The notes under the pieces were generated by a model. That model had not been told where the DNA came from and did not search any database. It worked only from the letters and a program-made list of their open reading frames with translations. A stretch of 64,000 nucleotides of DNA from a virus. This document shows, piece after piece, positions 19,556 to 28,717 of the stretch. Made by a program: the position numbers and the translations under genes. The stretch spans positions 96,001 through 160,000 of the IMG/VR virus record IMGVR_UViG_3300032268_001078. One strand, 5' to 3'. The first letter of the stretch is position 1; the number at the start of each line of letters is the position of its first letter.

Positions 19556-22353
19556 TATTTATATGTTTCTGTTATTAATTGTAAACTTAAATTTGAAGCA
19601 CTTGTATTTGTTTCAACATTTATTAAAAATACATCATTAGGACTAAATGAAGTTGTCCAATTTGATACATCATATGAACTAGTAAACTGGTTATTTATCA
19701 ATTGCGGTTTGTTTGTTGTTATAATAGTATCTGAGGATGTAGGTAGAGTGTTATTTCTTTTCCAAATATTTAATGTTGTTGTAGAACCTGTATTTGATGT
19801 TAAAATAAATCCTTTTATAGATCCTGAATACGGTGAATAAAATATACTGTTGGTTTTACTTCCTACTGTTATTGGAGTTGGAATACTACCTAAATTAAAT
19901 GTAATTGTTCTTGATTCTGTAATAGAAGTAGAAGCAGTTATAGAATAGGAACTTGTTCCTAATAAACTACCTGTAAATCCTAAAGTTGATATTATAGACC
20001 CAGTCACAGTCAAACTTCCTGTTATTATAGCTGATCCTGTAAAAGGAAATGCTCCACCACCACCAGTGTAACTTACAGTTACATCTCCTACTCCACTTCC
20101 AGGTGAAACAGATATACTTGAACCTGCTATAATTTTTGTTACAGCACCACCGCCTCCTCCTCCTGATCCTGTATTAATAGTGATTGGAAATGTTGAACCG
20201 TCACCTTTAGTGAAAGTAATTGTGTTTAGATTTACAGAAGCAGTTGTTAATAATGAACCGGTGTCTGTACTCCCACCGCCTCCTCCGTTCATAGCATAAC
20301 TAGCAGTTAAAGCATAACTTGAACTTAAGGATTGGTTTGAATAAGACGAAGTTCCTAATAAAGATCCAGTAAATCCATTAGTTGATTGTATACTACCTGT
20401 TACTACTAAATTACCTGCTATATTCTGTGATCCTGTATTTGTTAATACTTCATGCCATCCTGGTTGTGATCCAGAATTGTAGTAATAAAGTCCTTCTGTA
20501 GCAGAAGATGTAATGTAGGTTATAAGACCTTGAGCCGGACTACTTATGTTTGATGTTAGGTTTGTTCTAGGTGGTAAGAAACCTTTTGTTGTACTATTTG
20601 CCTGTAAAACTGCCGAAGGTACTTCAGATTGTCCAGATCCAAAATTACCCCAGTTTGTTATTGTTATACTATTTGTATTGATACCTTGAGCACCTGCTCC
20701 AATGATGGTATAACCATCATCTCTAACTCTAAATACTTGTGTACCACTACTATTTTGAACTAAGAGAGCATTGGTGACAGATGTTGTTCCTGATCCTTTA
20801 ACTAATAAACTATTAGTATTAGAACCTGTGATTGTTAAAGTACCTGCTATGTTCTGTGGCCCGGTATCATTTAATACTTTAGTCCATGCCTGATATGATC
20901 CTGAGTTATAATAGTAAAGTCCTTCTGTATCAGAAGATGTAATGTATGTTATTAAACCTTGAGCAGGACTGCTTATACTTGAGGTTAGGTTTGTTCTAGG
21001 TGGTAAGAATCCTTTTGTTGTAGACCGAACTTCAAATATTGCAGAGGTATTAGTAGCTCCAGCAGTTGCAGCTACGTTAATCCCTCCATTAACAGCAAAA
21101 AGTGTCATATCAAATTGCGAACTTAATTGCATACGACCACCATTACTACCATTTAGTGTTCCTCCACCATTACCATTTACGGTAAATGATGAACCTAAAT
21201 TAATTCCTCCATCGTCAGCAACTTTAAAATACTGAGTTCCTGCACTATTCTGAACTAGAAATGAAGATGACAATGAACTTGTAGTTTGGCCTACTATATG
21301 TAATGAAGCAGAAGGTATTATTGTTCCTACTCCTATAAGTCTATTATCAAGTATTGCTAGTGAAGCAGATGCGTTAGCATTTTCTATTCTTAAAGTTGTG
21401 GTAGCAGTAGTTGTACCTGCTCCTTTTACAGTTAATCGAGCAGGTGGGGTTTCAGTCGTCACGTAGGTATTTCCTACAGCCATGTAACTAGGAGCTGAGA
21501 CATGTCCGTTAAGATTTATATACAGTCCATTATTGTTGTTTGCCCTAATTCTAAAATTGTTATAATTTGTAGTTAAAAGAGCATCTGAACCTATATCTTT
21601 AAATTGAAATTCTTTACCATTTATCGCTATAACTGATTGTGATGAACCTGTCACTGTTAAAGATCCAGTGACAGTCAAACTTCCTGTTATTACTGCGCTT
21701 CCTGTATATGGAAAAGTTGAACCACCCCCACCACCTCCTGATCCTGTATTTACAGTAATTGGAAATGTAGTTCCATCTCCTTTAGTAAAAGTAATAGTAT
21801 TTAAATTAACAGATGCTGTTACTAGTAAAGATCCTGTGTCTGTATTTCCACCTCCACCTCCGCCATTTAAAGCATAACTAGCTGTTAAAGCATAAGAAGA
21901 AGTTCCTAATAATGAGCCTGTGAATCCCTGTGTTGCTGTTATTGATCCTGTAACTACTAAAGAACCAGATATTATAGCAGATCCTGTATATGGAAAAGAT
22001 GAATTTTCTTCATTTAATATTCCTCCTACTGAAGCTATAGCAAAACCACTTTCTAAAGTTGGAAAAGTTATTGTTGCACTTGAAGTACTATTTAATAATA
22101 AGTTTTGAGGAATAATTTGATTATAATTTGAATCAAAAACTGTTATAATTGGTGTTCTTGTTCCTAAATTATGATTAAATACCCAAGTATCTGAATTACT
22201 AAATGAAGATGTTATTACAGATCCAGATCCAGATCCAGAAACATATATATTTGTAGTTCCTCCGTTTAAAGCATATGAAGCAGTTCCAAATAAAGATCCT
22301 GTATATGAACCTGTTTGATTAAAGTCTATTTGATGTAATTTGATTAATGCCAT
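19555..22353 (-). CDS. Fibre-like virion protein, 932 aa
   Basis: FVFNHNLG-type motif (WVFNHNLGTR), duplicated KGFLPPR...GLITY modules, poly-Gly linkers. Confidence 0.7.
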   Translation of the reverse strand: MALIKLHQIDFNQTGSYTGSLFGTASYALNGGTTNIYVSGSGSGSVITSSFSNSDTWVFNHNLGTRTPIITVFDSNYNQIIPQNLLLNSTSSATITFPTLESGFAIASVGGILNEENSSFPYTGSAIISGSLVVTGSITATQGFTGSLLGTSSYALTASYALNGGGGGGNTDTGSLLVTASVNLNTITFTKGDGTTFPITVNTGSGGGGGGSTFPYTGSAVITGSLTVTGSLTVTGSSQSVIAINGKEFQFKDIGSDALLTTNYNNFRIRANNNNGLYINLNGHVSAPSYMAVGNTYVTTETPPARLTVKGAGTTTATTTLRIENANASASLAILDNRLIGVGTIIPSASLHIVGQTTSSLSSSFLVQNSAGTQYFKVADDGGINLGSSFTVNGNGGGTLNGSNGGRMQLSSQFDMTLFAVNGGINVAATAGATNTSAIFEVRSTTKGFLPPRTNLTSSISSPAQGLITYITSSDTEGLYYYNSGSYQAWTKVLNDTGPQNIAGTLTITGSNTNSLLVKGSGTTSVTNALLVQNSSGTQVFRVRDDGYTIIGAGAQGINTNSITITNWGNFGSGQSEVPSAVLQANSTTKGFLPPRTNLTSNISSPAQGLITYITSSATEGLYYYNSGSQPGWHEVLTNTGSQNIAGNLVVTGSIQSTNGFTGSLLGTSSYSNQSLSSSYALTASYAMNGGGGGSTDTGSLLTTASVNLNTITFTKGDGSTFPITINTGSGGGGGGAVTKIIAGSSISVSPGSGVGDVTVSYTGGGGAFPFTGSAIITGSLTVTGSIISTLGFTGSLLGTSSYSITASTSITESRTITFNLGSIPTPITVGSKTNSIFYSPYSGSIKGFILTSNTGSTTTLNIWKRNNTLPTSSDTIITTNKPQLINNQFTSSYDVSNWTTSFSPNDVFLINVETNTSASNLSLQLITETYK
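20219..20259. repeat. Exact 41-bp direct repeat, copy 2
   Basis: Identical to 16997..17037; a diverged third copy lies near 21721..21873. Confidence 0.9.
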
Positions 22354-22359
22354 TTCTTA

Positions 22360-23559
22360 CTATATGTATTTTCCTATTACTATCACATAATCTCCAACAA
22401 TAACTGATGATGATCCACTAAATGTGATTTTAATATCACTTCCTTCTTGTTCAATTTCAAATAAAGTTGAGTCAATTGTTACTCCATTTACATAAACAAT
22501 AAAGTTTAATTTACTTGTAGGTGTTAATGATAATGGAGCAGTTAAAATTGTTCTATTTCTTAAATAAGCCAAGTTATTACTCACTACTTCAGCTTGACTT
22601 GTAGTATTTGTGTTTAAATAATTAATAACTAAACTATAATCTGGTGGAGTTCCTCCTCCACCGCCTCCTGGAATAACTTGTGTATCAACTCTAGTTTTAG
22701 TATTAACAGGAACAGTATACATACTTGAAATGTATCCTTCATTAAATTTAACTGTTCCTTTACTCACAAAATTCATTTCATGAGACATAAAAGCATTAAC
22801 AGTATCTGGAATTAAGTATCCATGTAGTGTTAAAGTAATTTTAGAAGTTACAGTTCTTTCTTCATCTTGTGTATATGAGTTCACTGTTGAAAAACTATTA
22901 GCATTTACGCGGAAATAATAGCGGTTCTTATCGCCCCAATAGCTGTTTTCAGCATATTGTATGCTTTCAATAACTCTGTTTAATTGCTCAACGAAATTTG
23001 TATAAATTGTTAAATCATAAGTTATGTTTACATAATCAGGATGAGCAACCATTTTAAATTCTTTAACAGGTTGTCTGTTGTTTAAAACTCCAAAATTATC
23101 ATAAGCATTTTTAGTTGTATAAGATTGTTGGAATATATGTAAATTTTGAGCTACATTACTATCAAGATTTCTACCAATTGTTCTTATTTTTTCTATATTT
23201 GTACGATTTACTACAATAACAGGAGTTAAAATTTTATTATTAACGTCTCTTAAGTATCCGTCTTTTTGCATTGCTACCCATCTTTCAGGATAAGCATAAA
23301 TAACAGGTACTTCTATTAATTCAGTATTTTGATAAATTGTAGGTTTAATGTTTTCTTTAATATGGTTTAACACAGCTGTGTCTAAGTCAATTAATCTAAC
23401 ACTAAAATCTTTAGTTCTTGAGTCTTTAGATGATACTTTAGTAGCTCTATTTTTACTTATTGCTGGTTCCTTACCATAGTCAACTAAATCATAAGGTTCA
23501 ATTTTTTCTTGAACTCTTTCAGCTGGTGTTTTTGGTATAGGTTTTCTAATTTGAGCCAT
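22360..23559 (-). CDS. Tail sheath stabiliser / tail terminator-like (gp15-type) protein with C-terminal extension
   Basis: VPVIYAYPERW, PDYVNITYDLTIYT, YWGDKNRY; follows the two neck genes. Confidence 0.7.
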   Translation of the reverse strand: MAQIRKPIPKTPAERVQEKIEPYDLVDYGKEPAISKNRATKVSSKDSRTKDFSVRLIDLDTAVLNHIKENIKPTIYQNTELIEVPVIYAYPERWVAMQKDGYLRDVNNKILTPVIVVNRTNIEKIRTIGRNLDSNVAQNLHIFQQSYTTKNAYDNFGVLNNRQPVKEFKMVAHPDYVNITYDLTIYTNFVEQLNRVIESIQYAENSYWGDKNRYYFRVNANSFSTVNSYTQDEERTVTSKITLTLHGYLIPDTVNAFMSHEMNFVSKGTVKFNEGYISSMYTVPVNTKTRVDTQVIPGGGGGGTPPDYSLVINYLNTNTTSQAEVVSNNLAYLRNRTILTAPLSLTPTSKLNFIVYVNGVTIDSTLFEIEQEGSDIKITFSGSSSVIVGDYVIVIGKYI

Positions 23560-24161
23560 TATTGTAATTTATAAGGTATTAAATTTAAATGAGTTACTCG
23601 AGTCATATGAGCATCTAATTCATACATTAAACTTTCTCCTCGTTTAAATAAAGGATTTGATTCAAATGTTCCTTGAAGATAATACTGATCATCATTTCCA
23701 AACATAATGTGATTTTCATTTACATTATGAAGTTCATAGTATCTTTCTCTGTCTAATAAAATATCTCCTACTTCAGGAAATACTCCTATTTGAACTAACA
23801 TTTCATGAACAAACCAAAATTTACTTTGTTGAGTATTAGTAGGTCCATAATCATCTACTTGTATTCTTTCATCACCTCTATCAATATAACACTTCATCAT
23901 TACTGGTTCATAGTAGTATTTTGATAAAGATTCACCATAAATGTTCACATTAGATTGTTGGGGAATAATTTTATAGTATGCTACTTGCATAGACATAAGT
24001 CTCTTGTAACCTTCTGTAACAGAAGACACTTGAAAATCTACATCTTGTCCAGGAGCAAATGGATTAGGTCTAGCATTTCCATCAGGATTTGATGGAGTTG
24101 CTTGATAATCACCGGGTGTTGTAACCGCCTGTCCTGGCCTTCTAAAAAATGCACCAGCCAT
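23559..24161 (-). CDS. Head closure / neck protein (gp14-like)
   Basis: NVNIYGES...YYEPV...PEVGDIL...YYEL; second neck gene after the capsid module. Confidence 0.7.
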   Translation of the reverse strand: MAGAFFRRPGQAVTTPGDYQATPSNPDGNARPNPFAPGQDVDFQVSSVTEGYKRLMSMQVAYYKIIPQQSNVNIYGESLSKYYYEPVMMKCYIDRGDERIQVDDYGPTNTQQSKFWFVHEMLVQIGVFPEVGDILLDRERYYELHNVNENHIMFGNDDQYYLQGTFESNPLFKRGESLMYELDAHMTRVTHLNLIPYKLQ

Positions 24162-25669
24162 TATAATATATAAATTTGATTAGGTAATGGAATATTTTTT
24201 GAGATTGTATTAGTAAATTCAACTTCAGCAGCTTGTCTTTCTAATTGTTTTTGTCTGCTTGTTTGATCTAAAAAATCTCTTAATTGTTCTAGTAATTTAT
24301 CTTTATCATTTTGTGATTGAGACATTAAATCTCCAGAACTCATTGCTCCTATTTTAGGAACATCAGCACTTGGAAATTTACCTCTAGAAAATCCTAAAGT
24401 TTCTTTAGCTAATGCTAAAGCATAACGCATAATCCAACTTCTTCCTACTGAATTAATTTCAGAGTATGTTGGATTCATATAAGGAACTCGAGTTACATCA
24501 GTAATTATAGGTCCAGTTGGTTTAGTGTTATTATTAAGATTTTGATTTTGATTTTCTATGTCTTTTTTATTAGCATATTCAATCCAATATTTTCCTGAAT
24601 GTTCAGGTCTTGGAAATATTGTTAAATTATTATTGTTTATACTAAAACTAAATCCACTACTTCTAACGTTTCTAGCCATTTCAATTTCTTGAATTCTTTG
24701 AACGTCAAAATACACAGGCCATACAATATAATTGTTTCCTGAGTAACCATTATAAATACCCCATCCATCTGGGTAAGCACTTACACCACCTAATCCAGGA
24801 AATGGATTGTTGTATTGGGCAATAGCAGGAAGAGCTTCATAAAACACACGAGTTACTACTACATCTTCTCCTTGAGCCATCCAATTATTAACAGTTGAAA
24901 TAGTTTTTAAATCATAAACTTGTTGACCATGAACTACATCAATACTTCCACTGTATGTAGGAATACTTTTAATAAATGCTTGATCTGCAAATTTATTAGA
25001 TATTTTAATTACACCTCCTAAAGTTCTGTCTACTACACGAGTATTCATTAAATTATCTGATTTATAAGGAATATAACTTGCAGAAACATTAGAATTTGAC
25101 AAATTACATCTATAATCAGTGATTATAACAATATTTTCTCCATCTTTATGTGTAAATCTTGCTAAACTATTTCCACACCCTCCGTCTAAACTTAAACCTT
25201 GTAAACTTCCAGAGTCAGCTAAAGCTAAAGCAGGAAAGTAAGGAGCTTTATTTACATAGAAAATACTACCAGAAGCAATTGCTTGGGTAAAATATGGATC
25301 ATTATTAAAATCTGCTGCTGTTGCTGTGTGAGATGGTCCAAAATTCAACAGAGTTTGTTTGTAAGTTACGTTGTAATCACAAAGAAACATATCAGTCGGC
25401 GATCCCTCAAGACTTAAGTAATTCTCGCGTATTTTATACAAATAAACTTCATTACCATAAGTTGTAACTGCTTCTTCATAAGCAGCGTATATTTGAAAAT
25501 CTACTAATTCAACATCAACTACACCATATCCTAAACGACGAGTTATATAAAAACATGCTTTTTGAGCGTCTGTTTGAAAAACAGGATCGTTGTCATAGTA
25601 CCCCCATGGAGTATTTCCTTTTACTGGAAGTAAGTCGGTTGTGGATAGGGCATAGTTGTAGTCACTCAT
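24161..25669 (-). CDS. Neck / head-tail adaptor protein (gp13-like)
   Basis: TPWGYYDND...RRLGYGVVDVEL...WIMRYALALAKETLG..RGKF. Confidence 0.75.
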   Translation of the reverse strand: MSDYNYALSTTDLLPVKGNTPWGYYDNDPVFQTDAQKACFYITRRLGYGVVDVELVDFQIYAAYEEAVTTYGNEVYLYKIRENYLSLEGSPTDMFLCDYNVTYKQTLLNFGPSHTATAADFNNDPYFTQAIASGSIFYVNKAPYFPALALADSGSLQGLSLDGGCGNSLARFTHKDGENIVIITDYRCNLSNSNVSASYIPYKSDNLMNTRVVDRTLGGVIKISNKFADQAFIKSIPTYSGSIDVVHGQQVYDLKTISTVNNWMAQGEDVVVTRVFYEALPAIAQYNNPFPGLGGVSAYPDGWGIYNGYSGNNYIVWPVYFDVQRIQEIEMARNVRSSGFSFSINNNNLTIFPRPEHSGKYWIEYANKKDIENQNQNLNNNTKPTGPIITDVTRVPYMNPTYSEINSVGRSWIMRYALALAKETLGFSRGKFPSADVPKIGAMSSGDLMSQSQNDKDKLLEQLRDFLDQTSRQKQLERQAAEVEFTNTISKNIPLPNQIYIL

Positions 25670-25677
25670 AGTCAGTA

Positions 25678-25685
25678 ATAAATAT
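25678..25685 (-). promoter_or_regulatory. Class I motif ATATTTAT
   Basis: 8 nt upstream of the neck gene. Confidence 0.65.
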
Positions 25686-25692
25686 TACTTAT

Positions 25693-26400
25693 TTAATCTC
25701 TTAATTGTTTGTAAATTTCAAGTATAGGTTCAACTATAGGATGTCTGTGGTTTGTTTTTAAATGAATACTTGCTACTCCTGAAACAGCTGTAACTGCTCT
25801 ACTCATAAAAAATAAACCACTGTCTTTCTTTTGTTTTAAATCAATTTGACCTGTATCACCAACAATAGCCATTTTACTACCTTCACATAAACGAGTTACT
25901 GCTAATTCCATTTGACCATCTGTAATATTTTGTGCTTCATCTAAAATAATAAAACTATTACTAAAGTTTCTACCTCTCATAAAGGCAAATGGAATAATTT
26001 CTATTCTACCTTCTGCAATTTCTTTATCAATTTTTTCTTTATTGTATAATCGATACATGTTATCATAAATAGGTGCAATAAATGGATCTAACTTATCTTT
26101 TAAGTTTCCAGGTAAGAATCCAATTTCTTCCTTCGCTGTTACTACAGGTCTTGCTACAATGATTTTTTCAACTTCTTTGTTAAACAATAAATCTAAAGCG
26201 GCTTGACATGCTACTAATGTTTTACCACTACCAGCTAATCCTGTCAATACTGTAATAGTATTGTCTAGAATCATTTGTTTAGCTTGTTTTTGCTCTGTGT
26301 TTAAAGAAATGTTAAATTTAATTGGGTTTTTTGGCTTGCGCTTCTCTTTGAAGTTGTGATTTGCTACCGCAGTCACTACTCTATCTACATTGTTATCCAT
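25693..26400 (-). CDS. phoH: PhoH-family ATPase
   Basis: GLAGSGKT Walker A; FMRGRNF; ILDEAQN; GDTGQIDL; NHRHP. Confidence 0.95.
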   Translation of the reverse strand: MDNNVDRVVTAVANHNFKEKRKPKNPIKFNISLNTEQKQAKQMILDNTITVLTGLAGSGKTLVACQAALDLLFNKEVEKIIVARPVVTAKEEIGFLPGNLKDKLDPFIAPIYDNMYRLYNKEKIDKEIAEGRIEIIPFAFMRGRNFSNSFIILDEAQNITDGQMELAVTRLCEGSKMAIVGDTGQIDLKQKKDSGLFFMSRAVTAVSGVASIHLKTNHRHPIVEPILEIYKQLRD

Positions 26401-26414
26401 AACGTGTGTTGATA

Positions 26415-26422
26415 ATAAATAT
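26415..26422 (-). promoter_or_regulatory. Class I motif ATATTTAT
   Basis: 14 nt upstream of phoH. Confidence 0.65.
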
Positions 26423-26429
26423 AAATTTA

Positions 26430-26936
26430 TTACAACAGCTTGTTGGATTTTCGTCTATTTTCTGTAATTAGTAAAGGCTGAGTATTGGTATAATGAAAAG
26501 TTCCTTTTTTACTAAGAGGAATAATATGATCTATTTCCCAATAAGTTCCCCAATTGTCCCATGACATTTCTGAAGTAAATTGATTTTCTAAATGTTGTTT
26601 GTAAACTTGAATATCACAACCTAAGTACTCGTCTGTACTTCTGTCTTTTTCGTCTTTTAAGCTATTGTAAATTCTAGCTCTTAAAGCTTCTTTTAATTTT
26701 ACTTCAGGATTTTGTCTTCGTTTTCTAGCAGCCTCAGTAAGTTGTTGAGTTCTATGTTGTTTTTGTTTAGGAGATAAATTAGCTAATCTGTTTTTATGAT
26801 AATCTCCTGTATATTTTGACTTTTCTTTTTCCTTTCTGCAGGATTTACAACCACTCAACATACCACTTTTGTGATCTTTACTTTTATAATACTCAGTAAT
26901 AGATTTATCTACACCACAGATTGTGCATTTTATCAT
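26430..26936 (-). CDS. Free-standing HNH homing endonuclease with N-terminal Zn finger
   Basis: CTIC...CKSC; WEIDHIIPLS...FHYTNTQPL...ENRRKSNK; same family as 6432..7031. Confidence 0.85.
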   Translation of the reverse strand: MIKCTICGVDKSITEYYKSKDHKSGMLSGCKSCRKEKEKSKYTGDYHKNRLANLSPKQKQHRTQQLTEAARKRRQNPEVKLKEALRARIYNSLKDEKDRSTDEYLGCDIQVYKQHLENQFTSEMSWDNWGTYWEIDHIIPLSKKGTFHYTNTQPLLITENRRKSNKLL

Positions 26937-26941
26937 ATGTT

Positions 26942-26973
26942 ATAAATATAAAAAAAGGCTTGGCAAAAGCCAA
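26942..26973 (-). promoter_or_regulatory. Overlapping class I (26942-26949) and class II (26945-26973) motifs inside the capsid terminator
   Basis: TTGG-CTTTTGCCAAGCCT-TTTTTTATATTTAT, ending 5 nt before the HNH ATG. Confidence 0.6.
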
Positions 26974-26977
26974 GCCT
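26950..26977 (-). terminator. Rho-independent terminator after the major capsid gene
   Basis: AGGCTTGGC-TTTT-GCCAAGCCT followed by a T run. Confidence 0.9.
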
Positions 26978-27001
26978 CTTTTAAATCAGGTTTAGGTTAG
27001 A

Positions 27002-28690
27002 TTAAACTACATCTAAATCCGCTACTAAGATTTTTCCGTAGTAATCAGGACGGATCATTTTCTTAGCGTATCTTGTCATTATCCCCTTGCGTGGAGTGAA
27101 GGTTTCAGGATCGTAGATAAGAGGAGTCATAATCAATGGAACATATGGAGCATAAACTGCACCAGTTTCCAAGAATTGACCACCTTTATAACCTAATAAA
27201 ATTGTGTTATCTTTGAAGTATGGGTTTTTGTAAACTTTGTAACGACCGTTGATAGCACCAATCTTTTGAACACCAAATGCATATTTCATTGTTTCAGCAT
27301 CAGTATTGTCAGCTGCAAATCCTGGAATTGATTCCAAAATAGTAGCTACTGCTGGAGAAATAACCATGAAATTAGCACCACCACGTAAAGTTCTTTGGTG
27401 GATGATGTTAGAGATTTTTTGCAATTTGATTCCTAAAGTTTGGAACCAAGACATTTGGTTGTAGTAAACACCAGCTGTGTTACTTACAAATGCGTTTTGA
27501 GCTGCGTTGATTTGGTTACCAACTTTTGCAGACCAAAATTCAGTTGTAGCTGCACCTTGCAACAACATACCTAAAATTTCAAGATCAATTTCCATTGAAA
27601 TTTGTTCAGACAACAATGAAGTTAATTCAGCTTCAGCATCCAAGTTTTGGTATGCGTTCAAGTCTTGAGCAAATTCAGGAGTCCATTGAGCTTTCATTTT
27701 ACGAGTTTCAGCAGTAATACTGTCAGAACGTAATTTGATGTTGATTTCAGGGAAAACAATACTTGTGTTTGATTGAGCATTAGGAAAAGCTAAACCACTA
27801 TTGCCATCTTCAAAATCACCAGCATTGAATGGGTTTACTGTAGTTTCTTTAAAGAAGTAAGCAATACCAGCAGTACCGGCAGAAGCAGTAGCAGCTACAC
27901 CAGTAGCAGAAGCAGTTACATACCAATAAACATTTCCGTCAGCTTTAATATTAGTTAATTCAGCCAATACAGTATTTGGAGTAGTTCCAGAACCACTGAT
28001 GTACCAAGCAGAAATTGCAGATAAATCAGCAATAACACCAGAACCAGTAAATGCACTTGAAGCAGAAACTTCAAAGATTTGACCAGCAGCTAAAGAAGCT
28101 GTATAACGAGCATCAAAATTTAATTTAGCGAAATCACCAACTGTAGTTTGAGATAAAGTTTTAGCTTTCAAAGTAACAGAAGCTGAAAATTCGTTACGAG
28201 TGTAACCATAACGACCTTGACCATAGTAACCACCTTCAGCTAAGTTACTGAAGTTACTGTTACCAAATCCAGGTGCTGGTGTACCATATAAAGAATCACC
28301 ACTAGAGAAAGGAGCTTTATTAGTTCCATATTGGAAATCCAAATAGAAGATAAGTCCTGAAGGCATAGACATAGGTTGTACGCTAACAAATTCTTTAGCT
28401 ACAACTTGACCAAAGATCTTACGAATCATTGGTAAAGCAACACCAGCCCATTGGTAACCGTTACCAACCTGGAAACCAGATGCTGGTGAACTTTGAGGGC
28501 CTGATGTATTAGTTTCAACGATAAGTTGTTTAGCTTGGTTTTCCAACAACATAGACATATTAGTCTTGTCATATCCACTCAAACCTTCCAACAAACCAGA
28601 TTTACCCCATTTGCCTGCTAAACGAGCTGCGTCGTTTTGCAAAGACTGCCATGGGTTAGCAGATTCGAGGAGTTGATTAATTGTACTCAT
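27002..28690 (-). CDS. gp23: Major capsid protein (T4 gp23-like)
   Basis: VSVQPMSMPSGLIFYLDF, RKMKAQWTPEFAQDL, YAPYVPL, FTPRKGIMTRYA. Confidence 0.98.
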   Translation of the reverse strand: MSTINQLLESANPWQSLQNDAARLAGKWGKSGLLEGLSGYDKTNMSMLLENQAKQLIVETNTSGPQSSPASGFQVGNGYQWAGVALPMIRKIFGQVVAKEFVSVQPMSMPSGLIFYLDFQYGTNKAPFSSGDSLYGTPAPGFGNSNFSNLAEGGYYGQGRYGYTRNEFSASVTLKAKTLSQTTVGDFAKLNFDARYTASLAAGQIFEVSASSAFTGSGVIADLSAISAWYISGSGTTPNTVLAELTNIKADGNVYWYVTASATGVAATASAGTAGIAYFFKETTVNPFNAGDFEDGNSGLAFPNAQSNTSIVFPEINIKLRSDSITAETRKMKAQWTPEFAQDLNAYQNLDAEAELTSLLSEQISMEIDLEILGMLLQGAATTEFWSAKVGNQINAAQNAFVSNTAGVYYNQMSWFQTLGIKLQKISNIIHQRTLRGGANFMVISPAVATILESIPGFAADNTDAETMKYAFGVQKIGAINGRYKVYKNPYFKDNTILLGYKGGQFLETGAVYAPYVPLIMTPLIYDPETFTPRKGIMTRYAKKMIRPDYYGKILVADLDVV

Positions 28691-28717
28691 TTTATTTTTT
28701 TTTGTTTTGTTTTAAGT

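Noticed and set aside
16921-21873. Possible diversity-generating retroelement TR/VR pair
   Set aside because: Differences between copies are mostly synonymous and not adenine-specific; no reverse transcriptase in the window
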